Shown here in pieces: positions 37,759 to 50,689 of a DNA stretch of 64,000 nt; within the stretch, counting starts at the first letter, position 1; every line of letters starts with the position of its first letter. Where the stretch lies: assembly GCF_006345805.1 (NCBI RefSeq), contig NC_042997.1, positions 81,468,001 through 81,532,000 on the forward strand, read 5' to 3'. Below the pieces are notes generated by a model. That model was not told where the DNA came from. It worked only from the letters and a program-made list of their open reading frames with translations, and searched no databases. Both the position numbers and the translations under genes were made by a program. The DNA comes from Octopus sinensis. Lineage: Eukaryota.

Positions 37759-37919
37759 AACTATAGATAACTATATCACTGTATTGAGCAGACTACTGAT
37801 TATTGCTATACACCACTGATCACAATATGCCTTCTCACATTGTTATAGCTTTCAAATGATTCTAATCTGCTGGTTTAGTGAGCAGGCCAATATTCCTCCT
37901 GAAGTAAGAGTTCAGAGTA

Positions 37920-38365
<446 letters not shown>

Positions 38366-38413
38366 AAAAACAAGGAAGTATCCCTAAGATCATTACACTG
38401 TGTTCTTCCTAAA

Positions 38414-38632
38414 CCCTTTAACATTTTAACTGACCATATCTGGTCAAAATATTCTACCTGTTTTATGTTCAAACCAGCCAGATTTGGTCTCTCACATCTA
38501 CCCTACAATGTCACTCTAAAACTGAACATCACATAACTGAAATCTTGATGCTATGAGATAATGCATGATTAATTCAAAACAATGTGGATAAATAAGCTTC
38601 ACATTTAACAGAGTAATCTGAATGCTAAAGGG
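38414..38632. mobile_element. piggyBac-like MITE (219 bp)
   Basis: TIRs CCCTTTA(A/G)CATT...AATGCTAAAGGG; TTAA on the right, TAAA on the left. Confidence 0.65.
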
Positions 38633-39511
38633 TTAACGTGCCAGAGTATAATTTGAGAAAGAATTATTTCTATCAAATTCAGCAATCTCATATGATTTTA
38701 TGTCAGGTTAGCCATTGATAATACACAGGTATTATCATAGGTCAGAAATATTTGGTGTGATTGTAGGAAGGACCCAACAGAATATCTGACAGTATAATCC
38801 AAGATATACAGAAAGATAGTATGGCTATGGCTGGAAAGCATTTGGTTTTTAGAGGTCTGCTCAATCAGGGTTGACATTAAGTTATGCTACGGAGTAAAAA
38901 TCAATTTAGATTTAGTTTATGCTTAATGCTTCATTAATAAACTCATCTAGAAAAGCTTACATAAAATAGAAGTAATCATACTATGGTATTTTTTTCATCA
39001 TATGTGAATATTAATATTGCAGACATAAAAGTGTGTTAGTAGATAAACTTGACAAACAGCTAACAAGAATTAAACAGGTCTGTGCATGTATAGCATGTGT
39101 TTTCTCTTGATGGGTGTTCTAAGTACCAACCACTCAATCATGAATAGAGCTGGTCGTTTGCCAAGTAGAGACATGCCTACTTATTACAAATGAGAATACT
39201 GAAATATGTGTGAGTGTATGTGTGATGTTTTGGATTGCAAGATACTTATTTATTGTTAGTAGGCATATGTGTGTGTGTGTGTGTATGATATTAAGTATTA
39301 AAAGCACCAAATATATATATATACATAGAGAGAGAAAGAGAGAGAGAGAGTGAGAGAGAGAGAGAGAAGTTTTCATACAACAAAGGGGATAAATATTCAT
39401 AAGTATATATATTTTAACATTTTAGTCAACAGGAGTTTCACAGTTACCTCAAGGACTGAAAGTTTTAGCCCTTGAGTCACCTTGTAACTCTTACTGATTA
39501 AAATAATAATA

Positions 39512-40417
39512 ATCCTTTCTACTAAAGGCACAAGGCCTGAAATTTCGGGAGAGGGTACTAGTTGATCATATTGACCCCAGTGTTTTACTGGTACTTAATT
39601 TATCGACCCCAGTGTTTAATTTACTAGTGCTTAATTTATCAACCCCAAAAGGATGAAAGGCAAACTCGATCTCGGCAGAATTTGAACTTAGAAATGTAGC
39701 AAAGGGTGAAATACTGCTAAGTATTTCATCCAGTGTGCAAATGATTCTGCCAGTGTACAAAAGATTCTGCCAGCTCGCCACCTTAATAATAATAATAGTG
39801 ATAAAAATGATGGTTTCAAATTTTGGTACAAGGCCAGTAAGTTCAGGGAAGGGGGAAAATCAATTACATTGACCCCAGTGCTTTACCGGTACTTATTTTA
39901 TCAACTGCAAAAGAATGAAAGGCAAAGTCATCCTCAATAGAATTTGAGTTCAGTAAAGACAGACAAAACACTGTTCAGCATTTTGCCTAGTGTCCTAACA
40001 ATTCTACCAGTTTGTTAGTAATCCTTTCTATCATAGACATAAGACCTGAAACTTTGGGGGTGGGGGCTAGTTGATTACAGAGACTCTAGTATTCACCTGG
40101 TACTTATTTCCTTGACACTGGAAGGATAAAAGATAAACCTGACATTGACAAAATTCGAGCATAAAGACAGATGAAATGCCACTAAGCATTTTGTATGGCA
40201 TAATAATAATTCTGCCACCTTACTACCTTGACAATAGATGTTTCTATTAATGGTACAGGCTAGCAATTTAGGGTGGAGAAAAGTCAATTCCAACCCCACC
40301 ATACCTGACTGGTGCTTTATTTTATTGATGCCAAATGAATGAACAGCAAAGTTTACCTTGGCAACTCAGAACATAAAGAGCTGGAAGAGATGCCACTGAG
40401 CATTTTCTCCAACTCAC

Positions 40418-40483
<66 letters not shown>

Positions 40484-40715
40484 TGACAACAACAACAATA
40501 ATAATAATACCAATAATAATAAGCACAATGCCTGATATTCGTGAGGAGAGGGTAAGTCAATTACATCGATCCCAGTACTTGACTGGTACTTGTTTTATTG
40601 ACCCCGAAAGGATGAAAGATAGAATTAACCTCTGTGGAATATGAACTCAGAATGCATATAATCTGGTGAATGCATTTTGTCTGGTGTACTGATGATTCTT
40701 CCAGCTCACCACCTT
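39512..40715 (-). mobile_element. Four head-to-tail SINE family B copies separated by (TAA)n
   Basis: Repeated ctggtacttaattt/att...gaaaggatgaaag...gaatttgaact...ccaccttaataat at about 39512-39784, 39810-40020, 40020-40225 and 40540-40715. Confidence 0.8.
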
Positions 40716-40782
40716 AATAATAATAATATTAATAATAATAATGATGATGATGATGATGATAATAATGATGATGATGATAATA

Positions 40783-40818
<36 letters not shown>

Positions 40819-41922
40819 TATTAAAAAATATAAACACTGCATATATAAATGCATGCACACACACACACACAGTGTATGTGTATAAAGACAATAAATTTTT
40901 AAAAAGGACAACACAAACATTTTTGACAGTAAATAGTATTCATTTAATGATTTCAATGGAAAAAAGCGTGACTTCACATGTTAAACATTAGTTTTCATCA
41001 GAAGAAAAGAGAGGGAGAAGAAAAGAGAAATAGGCAAGGTATGTATAGAAAATAAAAAATGGGAAAGGCACAGCAAGAAGTATAAGGGTTAGAAACCAGG
41101 TGAAAATTCTATTCTATAGATAGGTTGAGCTTAATTTAAAAAGAGAGGAAGGTGTGGGTGAATAGCAACATGTATCATAGTGTGTCTGTATGTGTGTGGA
41201 AATACACAGACACACACACATACACACCACCAACGTCATATATATATATATATTGAGAAAAAGGAGGCAGTCAGAATTTTGGATAATTCTTTATTAGTAC
41301 TTTCATTTGTTTATTGAACTAGTCGAGACAAAATCAAAATGATATAAAACAGAACCTTTCCTTGTTCATTTATATGAATTGGATGTTTTTTGCTTTTACC
41401 TACAGACCCTGTAGCCCTGATGGGAAATAATTATTTGCTCTTAACATATTGGGCTTCCAGACTACTTGTCTAGGCGATGTTTTCTTTCCTTTTACTTCTT
41501 CCTTTTGTTCATATTATATAGTCTTGTTCTTCACTCTGATGAAGATCCATTGCCTTAATTTGAATGCCCTATGAAGATGAATAATTTTATTCTCGCATAT
41601 ATGTATAGACTGCATTTTGGCAATCTGATCAGTAATAGCCGTAAGATATGTTATGTCATCTATTTTGTTATGTCATGCTTTGTATATTACAAAATAAGCT
41701 ATAAATGTGGTCCAATTGATGTGTTGGTTAATCTGTGGTTTTCTTCATTTTCTAATTATTTACATTGGCTCCTAATAAACTCTTGTTTATCCTGTTGTTA
41801 CCTGTACTCTATGTGTATGGTGTGCTTGCACACCATTGCTTGGGGATAATACAGGTAACGGATACTGATAGTATATACGGATATTTTTATCCCTTAGTCA
41901 ATTACTATAACCGCTAACTCTG

Positions 41923-41987
<65 letters not shown>

Positions 41988-42280
41988 GTATATATGTGTG
42001 TGTGTGTATACATATATATATATATGTATATGTATATATATACATATATATATATATATACATATATGTGTGTGGTGTATAAATAATCTCTTAAATACTA
42101 AGATGAGAGAGTCAATATACACTCTATACCCTTTGTGTGAAAAATGTTAAATGTTAAATTCTATCTTAATTTTAATTCACTTGAAGAAATTTTTTTTTAT
42201 GTGATGTAATTGATCTGTTCATTAATAAAAACACATCTGAAACAGTTGTAGTGAACCTCAGCCCATTAGCGTTATTTTAC

Positions 42281-42324
<44 letters not shown>

Positions 42325-42980
42325 TTTATGCCTGATGACTGTGTTGGGATGTTACACATGTTATAATTCATTGTTTCACATGTATTGTGTCTATTAAATT
42401 ATATACACATGCACGCGCGCACACACACACACACACACATACACAACACACATATATATATATGCTTGTGTATCTGTGTATTGATGTTTATTTCTATATC
42501 AAGTTTTATATACAAACAACCTTCAAGTGAAGTCTTACTCAATACAGTACATGTTTATTAAATACAGTCTTACTCAATACTGTATATTACAGTACATGTT
42601 TATTAAACTTTTACAAGAAGAGGGGTGACAGTAACTTTAGCTTGCTAGCCTTTGTCATACAGTACTATACTTAGGTTCCTTTTAGCTTTAGATAGTCTTT
42701 GACAAGTTGTGTTTTCAGGGGTAGGTGAGGTTACGTGAAGTGATAATTAAGTTTGGTGTATGTAAGGTTTGGGAAATGCATGTGTGTGTGTGTGTGTGTG
42801 TAGTTATGGATATGCATAATGCCCTAAAGTTACATACATATATCTATCTAAAATAATATAATGTGACTATACTATAAAACGACTAGAAAACCCCAATGAA
42901 TACTTATAGCAACCTAGCTACATAGGTACAAATAGGTTTTACTGTTAAATTTCAAAGTGCTCAAATGAAATAATGAAATA

Positions 42981-43408
42981 CTCTTTACTCTCTCTTTTAC
43001 TTTTTTACTTGTTTCAGCCATTTGATTGCAGCCATGTTGGAGCACTGCCTTTAGTCGAGCAAATCGACCCCAGGACTTATTCTTTGTAAGCCTAGTACTT
43101 ATTCTATTGGTCTCTTTTTGCCAAACCACTAAGTTACGGGGATGTAAACACACCAGCATCGGTTTCAAGCAATGTTGTGTGCGTGTGGGGGGGGGGGTCA
43201 AACACAGACACAAATATATACACACACATACATATATATATATACATATATACGATGGGCTTCTTTCAGTTTCCATCTACCAAATCCACTCACAAGGTTT
43301 TGGTCGGCCCGAGGCTATAGTAGAAGACACTTGCCCAAGGTGCCATGCAGTGGGACTGAACCAGGAACCATATGGTTGGTAAGCAAGCTACTTACCACAC
43401 AGCCACTC
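42981..43408 (-). mobile_element. SINE family A, near full length
   Basis: Head, core, microsatellite and tail, as at 33.1 kb. Confidence 0.88.
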
Positions 43409-43498
43409 ATTTTCAAAATGAAGATAAATATTAGGTTTACACAACTGAAGCATTATGGAATTAAAATAGGCATCTGTGTGTGATACTTAGTGTACGTA

Positions 43499-44195
43499 CA
43501 GAGTGCAATGGGTAAATTGTCACCATTTTATATCTTTAATTTTGTACATGTGCATTATTTGGTTTTGGTTTCGTCAACTACACAGTATGTTAGAGTTAGT
43601 TGGGTACTGTCTGTGAGAAAAACAACACCATGATGCAATTCACTCAGGCAGAAATTTGGAAACGACTTGTTGTACTGTTTGGCATTTGCACCTGAAGCTC
43701 CAATATAAACATTTCAGAGTATTTGGGCATCAATCTGAGGACTGTGCATGTACCAAGAGTGATAAAAATCAAACATCCAGTCAGCATCATGATATTTAGA
43801 GTGATCACTAGTGATGGTGATGTTATGCCTCTATTCATCTTCCCACACAGCCTCAGACTCAACACAGAGGCTTACATCAAGTGCCTGGAGGAGGTAGTGC
43901 TGCCCAGGGTCAAGAGGGTGGCTGCTGAAAGAACCTATGTCTGGCAACAGGACTCTGCACCATGTCATAGAAGCAGGAAAATCCAGTCATGGCAGTCAGA
44001 CAATTTCTGTGACCACATCACCTCTAACATGTGGCCACCTAACTCCCCAGACTGCAACCCCCTTGATTATTATGCATGGGATGCAGTTGAATGAGAGAAA
44101 AACAAAACTCCATGTAATACCAAAGATGAACTGAAGGCAAGGATTACAGCAGCTTTCATCAACTGAAACAAGGAGACCATCCAGAAAAGTTGCTG
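43499..44195 (+). mobile_element. Internally deleted maT-type (DD37D) Tc1/mariner transposon
   Basis: WQQDSAPCH...WPPNSPDCNPLDY with 37 residues between the last two catalytic Asp (counted). N-terminal domain and first D missing. Starts TA|CAGAGTGC. Confidence 0.8.
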
Positions 44196-44349
44196 GCACA
44201 GGAGTGGCTGTGTGATAAGAAGCTTGCTTCCCAACCACATGGTTCCAGGTTCAATCCCACTGCATGACCCTTGGGCAAGTGTCTTCTACTATAGCCTTGT
44301 GAGTGGATTTAGTAGATGGGAAATGAAAGCAGCCTGCCGTATGTATGCG

Positions 44350-44382
<33 letters not shown>

Positions 44383-44960
44383 TATATATAATATATATAT
44401 ATATATATACAGTTGCAGCATGGAAGGTGTTTATAAGCCATTTAAGAAACATACAAAACCGTTCGATTCACTTCAACATTTAAATTTAATTTGTCAAAAT
44501 CTTTTTGTCGCTTTGAGACCGCGACCTGTTCACTGACAAAGCTTCGTGCTGCATAGATTTTACTGTTAAATTTCAAAGTGCTCATATGAAATAATGAAAT
44601 ACTCTTTACTCTCTCTTATACTCTTTTACTTGTTTCAGTCATTTGATTGCAGCCATGCTGGAGCACCGCCTTTAGTCGAGCAAATCAACCCCGGACTTAT
44701 TCTTTGTAAGCTTAGAACTTATCTATTGGTATCTTTTTGCCGAACCACTAAGTTACGGGATGCAGCACGAAGCTTTGTCAGTGAACAGGTCGTGGTCTCA
44801 AAGCGACGAAAATATTTTGACAAATTAAATTTAAATGTTGAAGTGAATCTAATGGTTTTGTGTGTTTCTTAAATGGCTTATAAACACCTTACACGCTGCA
44901 ATTGTTTTCATTCCAGCACATGATCTCAGATCAAGTCACTCGCTATGCAAGTACATCTAT

Positions 44961-45050
<90 letters not shown>

Positions 45051-45061
45051 GTATGTATGTG

Positions 45062-45126
<65 letters not shown>

Positions 45127-45310
45127 GATATATGTATGTATGTATGTATATATGTATGTATGTATGTATGCATGTATATGTATGTATTTGTGTATCTATG
45201 TTTGTGTCCCCACCATCACATGACAACTGATTTTAGTGTGTTTACATCTCCGTAACTTAGCAGTTCAGCAAAAGAGACTGATAGAATAAGTACTAGACTT
45301 ACAGAAAATA
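44196..45310 (+). mobile_element. SINE family A split by (TA)n expansion and a MITE
   Basis: Head/core 44196-44342 and tail 45185-45310 lie either side of the MITE. Confidence 0.7.
44410..44904. mobile_element. MITE with ~145-bp TIRs and a captured 207-bp spacer
   Basis: TA|CAGTTGCAGC...GCTGCA (44410-44553) and TGCAGC...GCTGCAATTG (44761-44904) are reverse complements. Confidence 0.85.
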
Positions 45311-45534
45311 AGTTCTATCTTTTCTACTTTTTCATCCTCTTCTGCATATGTTTAGAGCATGCTTAAAGAACAGTGTGTCTTTACATATTGTTTTCATTGA
45401 TTTCATTATAACAGTTATATAGCTATTTTGTTACAATTTCTTTATACACCATCAGTTCTGTTACAATAGAATGTCACATGTATATGTATAGTTGGAAATG
45501 TGCAGAAGTTCATCATATACATGACACAGACAGA

Positions 45535-46814
45535 CGAGGGGCGTTCAATAAGTAATGCCCCTGACCCACTTCCTATAGCAGTAGAGCAACGAAACTTGGC
45601 ACAGTTATTAGTCTTTTTCTACATAGGGACCACCCAGAGTTACGCGTTTCTCCCATCGTTTGATGCAGCGCTGGAGACCGTTTTTGTAGAAGACCCCAGC
45701 TTGGTCCTCCAACCACGACGTGACTTCAGAAATCAAGGCTGCATCATCTGGGAAACGCTTTCCTTTCAAAAACAACTTCATGGCTGGGAAGAGGTGAAAA
45801 TTGGAGGGTGCAAGGTCAGGAGAGTAGGGGTGGGGTGGGGGAGGAGTTCATAGCTGCACGCCTGTGTTTCTGATCTGGCGACACGCAAGTTGTGGACCGG
45901 AGCGTTGTCCTGCAGGAGGAAGATGCCTTTGCTGATCTTGCCCCGCCTCTTGATTTTGATAGCTTCTCTTAATTTCCTCAAAAGTGAAGCATAATAGACT
46001 CTTGTAATCCTGAAATCTGTCATCACTACTCCGTCCTGGTCCCAGAAGACTGTGAGCATGACCTTGCCAGCGGAGGGCTGCACCCTTGCCTTCTTTGGAG
46101 GAGGTGAGTCACGGTGCTTCCACTGCATTGATTGGGCTTTGGTCTCTGGATCATAGTGATAGACCCAGGTTTCATCCTGTGTAATCAGTCTTTTGAAAAA
46201 TTTTGACTCATCTCTTGGCACATCTCCAAATTCATCCTCGAGCACTCGATGCGTTCTTGCTTCTGGAAAGGTGTGAGCAACCTGGGAATTCATCTGGCAG
46301 ACACCTTTTTCATATGCAAATGGTCATGAATGATAGTTTCCACAGACCCGGTATTAATCTTGACTTCATGAGCTATTTGGCAAATAGTTATGTGGCGATC
46401 TTCCAAAATGGCAGCCTCAACTTGACGGACAGATGCCTCATCAATGGCAGAAGGGGGGTTGACCAGATCTGGGAGCTGTTTCCACAGAGTTCCGACCATG
46501 TTTGAATTCACGATACCAGCGTTTTACAAGGTCATATGATGGGGCATCATCACCATAAGTTACTTTCATTTCATCAAAAGTCTCCCGTGGTGTGCGTCCT
46601 TTCAAATACAAAAACCGGATCACTGCTCGACACTCAACATGCTCCATTTCACACTTGACTCAGTTCAAACACCTGTAAATCAGAATCCACAATTAGTCCA
46701 GAGCTGTAATTTGCCACTTAATCTACAGAGATATAAATAATTGCACATGCAAAATTTCAGCTAGATCAAACAACTGCAAGTTGGTCAGGGGCATTACTTA
46801 TTAAACGTCCCTCG
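45535..46814 (-). mobile_element. Second copy of the 13.2-kb mariner family, defective
   Basis: Same TIRs; ITQDETW and LLQDNAP intact; frameshifts and a small deletion; left TA changed to GA. Confidence 0.95.
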
Positions 46815-46829
46815 TATCTATGTGGTGAA

Positions 46830-47584
46830 GAACTTTGCTTTACAAATGTTTTCTACAGTAGCATTAATGTCGACTGATAACTTATAAAATTTGGATAGGA
46901 GCTAACAGAAGGCTTGATAAATGGTCTGTTGGAGGGGTAGGATGGAAGAGTGATAAGTGAAGAGAAGAGGAAGGTGGGTAAGGATGGTGGTGGGTTTAAG
47001 GGAGAGAGAGCAGAGGAACAGTCAGTGGATCGTGCATGAGCAAGGGCAGTTTGGATAATGGTGAGGGGATATCCATGTAGAATGAAGTGAATTGAGACTG
47101 AGACTGAAAGTGAGTAGAGACTGGGTCTCAAAGTCATGGTCGGCACTGCAGAGCTGATGTAGATAGAGGAAGTGGATGCAGGTGTGGATATGGTGGGAGG
47201 AGGAGAGGTTGAGATAGGAGTCTGTGTGTTTGTAGTTGATGGAGGTGGTAAGAGCAGAATGGTGGATGCTAACAGAAATGTCGAGAAATTCAATGGTAGA
47301 GTTGGAGACAGTGCAGGAGAATTCAAAGACAGGATGAAAGGACTGGACGAAGGAGAGAAAGGAGTCAAGATGTTCATGGGAGAGTGAAGTTGCATCGATA
47401 TAATGACCATATAACTCAGGAGTAGGACAGTGAACTGTGAGAATATTTGGGCCTCAACATAGCCACCAGCGAACAGGTTTGCATAGTTGGAGCCCATTCT
47501 CATTCCCATGGCCATTTCTGAGATCTGATGGTAAAAATCTCTTGCAAACAAGAAGCAGTTGAGGAAGAGGATGTGTTCAGCCAT
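46830..47584 (-). mobile_element. Penelope-like element reverse transcriptase fragment
   Basis: FYHQISEMAMGMRMGSNYANLF, then in a shifted frame PTPELYGHYID, FHPVFEFS, IEFLDISV, TSINYKHTDSYL and GYP: the PLE RT motif series. Confidence 0.88.
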
Positions 47585-48937
47585 GTATGTATGTATTGAA
47601 ATAAAAATTTAAAAACAAAATGAAATTAGCAAAAGTAGTTCAGGAGTACCAAACTTATCTCTTTGCACATATATTATGTTGCTAAAATGTAAATAAAGTA
47701 CTACTATAGTTCAACGTTATTTATCTTGTACTTGTTTCAGTCACTGAGCTACAGCCATGCCAAACTGCTAAGTTATAGGACACAAACTAATCAACCCCTG
47801 ATGCCAAGCTGTAGTGGGGTATATACACACACTATATGGCAACCTTCTTTCAGTTTCCATGCACATAGAGTTTAACTGTCTGACAATGGTAAGCATGGAA
47901 ACACAATGCACAGCTGTCTCAACATTCAACCTGGCAAGAGGCAAGACATGTGAATGAGTTGGCTGATCTCAATGCTCTGCAAAGAATGTTGACACAGAAG
48001 CAGCATTTTGTTGGATACAAGCAGAAGATTGAATCGTGCGATAGTTTCATGCTGATTGGTTGCTTAATAGACTGAGCATGTGAAACAGTCTTGATATTTG
48101 ACCAGCATTTACCAAGCATTTCAGTTTCGAATCACCACCACAACCCTTTTCAGTCTTGCAAACCCTAGATTTAATAGAGCCCGTCTTATGTTTTGAATTA
48201 GAAAAGTTATCAGGGCCTCCAAAATCTATTGATCCAAGGGCCCCACTAGATCCAACTTCCACTGATGTGGACATATAGGACTATAACCAGTAGAGATAAG
48301 CCAGTTGCAGTATACTGAAGTGTTCTCATTAAATATGCTAATGCTAACCTAACTATTATTTTTAATGCAGATAGTGTCCCCAAGTAATTAACCTCAGTGA
48401 TTTTTTTAAATACCTCACTCTTTCTTAATCCATCCATCCATACATACATACATAATGATTGTTCCATCTTCACTGATGATTGCCGTCTCTTTGTGTTGCC
48501 TTGTTGTCAATAGCATTTCTGACTTCCTGTCCATGACCTCTCAGGTGACTGTTCTGTTACAGAATTTTCAAACACTACAAATATCTTAAGAGCTATGAGT
48601 AGGGATTGGATGGGTAAAATTGGTAAGTAGAGCAAAACTAGTAATTTCTCATTTCTCATTTTCTCCCTGCCTGTTTGAAATCATTACATTGCATGTATTG
48701 CATCATCATTTTGTATTGTTGCATCATCTTTAGGAGTAAAAATTGGTCAGCATAGCTGTTGTTGTTGGAAATTGAAAGAGTTTCAAACAGTCAGGTGACA
48801 AGTACTTTTTTTCAAGAAATTTTTCCTCAATTTTGACTCAATTGCAATTGAGGTTGTTAATAAAATATCTGGATAATTTTTGGTGTTCAACAATTAAAAT
48901 TCTTTTCTCTGTTGGATTGCAAGTCAATATTTCCCCA

Positions 48938-50598
48938 CATCATCATCATCGTTTAACATCCATTTTCCAAGCTAGCATACGTTGGACGGTTCGACCAGGG
49001 TCTGGGAGGCCAAGAGGCTGCACTAGGCTCCAGTCTGATCTGGCAGTGTTTCTACAGCTGGATGCCCTTATAATGCCAACCACTCCAAGAGTGTAGTGGG
49101 TGATTTTTACGTCACCAGCACAGGGGTCAGAGGAGGCTGACAACGGCCATGATTGGTTGGTGCTTTTTACATGCCACTGGCACGAAAGCCAGGCAAGGTG
49201 GTGCTGGCATCAGCTATGTTCAGATGGTGCTTTTTACATGCCACCGGCTTGGATATCACAACTACAATTTCCATTTGATTTTCATTTTGATGTTGATGTA
49301 CTTGACTCAATAGGTCTCCTCAAGCACAGCAGGTCGCCCTACGATCCAAGGTACTTTTAATTGGGCTGGGGCAGGTTATGGAAAACTAGTGTAGGATACA
49401 GCCGTGAACTCACTTTATTTGCCAGGTCTTCGCGGTCACAGCATATCTCTAGAGGTCTCGGTCTTTTGTCATTGCCTCTGTGAGGCCCAACGTTCGAAGG
49501 TCATGCTTGACCACCTCAGCCCATGTCTTCCTGGGTCTACCTCTACTCCGGATTCCTTCAACTGTATGGGAGTGACACTTCTTCACACATCTCTCCTCAT
49601 CCATCCATAGTACATGACCACACCAGCGCAAACATCTCTCTTGCATGCCACATCCTATGCTTCTTATGTCCAATATTTCTCTCAGGGCACTTACACTCTG
49701 TTGTGTGTGCACACTGACATTACACTTCCAGCGGATCATGTTAGTTTCATTTCTTTTGAGCCTACGCATGTCCTCCGCAGTCATGGCCCATGTTTCACTG
49801 CTGTGAAGCATGGCAGTTCGCACACATGCATCGTACAATCTACCTTTCACTCTGAGCAAGAGGCCCTTTGTTGACAGTAAGGGTAGAAGCTTTCTAAACT
49901 TTACCCAGGTTATTCTTATTCTAGTGGTAACACTCTCTGAGTATCCATCCCCACTACTAACTTGGTCACCTAGGTAGCGGAAGCTATCGACTACTTCTAG
50001 TTTCTCTTCCTGGAGTGTGATGGAATCTGTTTTCTGAGCATGTGGTGTCTATTGCCCCTGTACATCTGCCGCACACAAAAGCTATCTTCTCAGTTAATCT
50101 TCCTTTGATGTTGCTACACCTCTTATATGTCCATAGTTTACACTGAGTACATCTTATCAAGTTTCTACCTACACCTTTTCTACAGATCTAGCAGGGCCAC
50201 CTACCTGAGTGGGTATGTGATGTGTTCGCCTTCCTACTTACTAGAACTTTGGTCTTTGCTACATTGACTCTAAGGCCTTTTGATTCTAAATCTTGCTTCT
50301 ACACCCAAAATTTTTTTCTAGTTCTGGAAGTGATTCTGCTTGAGGAGCAACGCATCTTGAATTCCTTTGTTATTGCCTGGAGGACTATGTTGAATAAGAG
50401 GAGGCTGAGGGCTGAACATTGGTGGACCCCTACTTCTACCTGGAATTCTTCACTATACTCATTGCCAATCCTAACCTTACTAATGGCCTCTCTGTATGGG
50501 GCCTGTACAACCCTTATCAACCATTCGTCAACCCCCAGTTTCTGCATCGCCCACCAGATTAGGGATCGGGGGACCCTGTCAAAGGCTTTCTCCAAGTC
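48938..50598 (-). mobile_element. Older RTE family 2 copy, 5'-truncated and disrupted
   Basis: (ATC)n tail; EKAFDRVPRSLIWW, GVHQ, GRLYDACVRT and RPRKTW pieces. Confidence 0.88.
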
Positions 50599-50689
50599 TG
50601 ATCTTTCTGGTGCCTAAAGATGTATATTGATGTGTATGGGTTTTTTTTCAAACGTAATTCTAGGGAATTGAAGAGGCAAATTTATCTTA

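Noticed and set aside
46853-47584. 243-aa Pro/Ser-rich protein
   Set aside because: Only the first ~50 residues are in the RT frame. The rest is an off-frame reading of the PLE RT.
48047-48560. Exons matching the candidate first exon at 50.7 kb
   Set aside because: Every splice phase I tried hit a stop codon soon after the acceptor. No consistent gene model.
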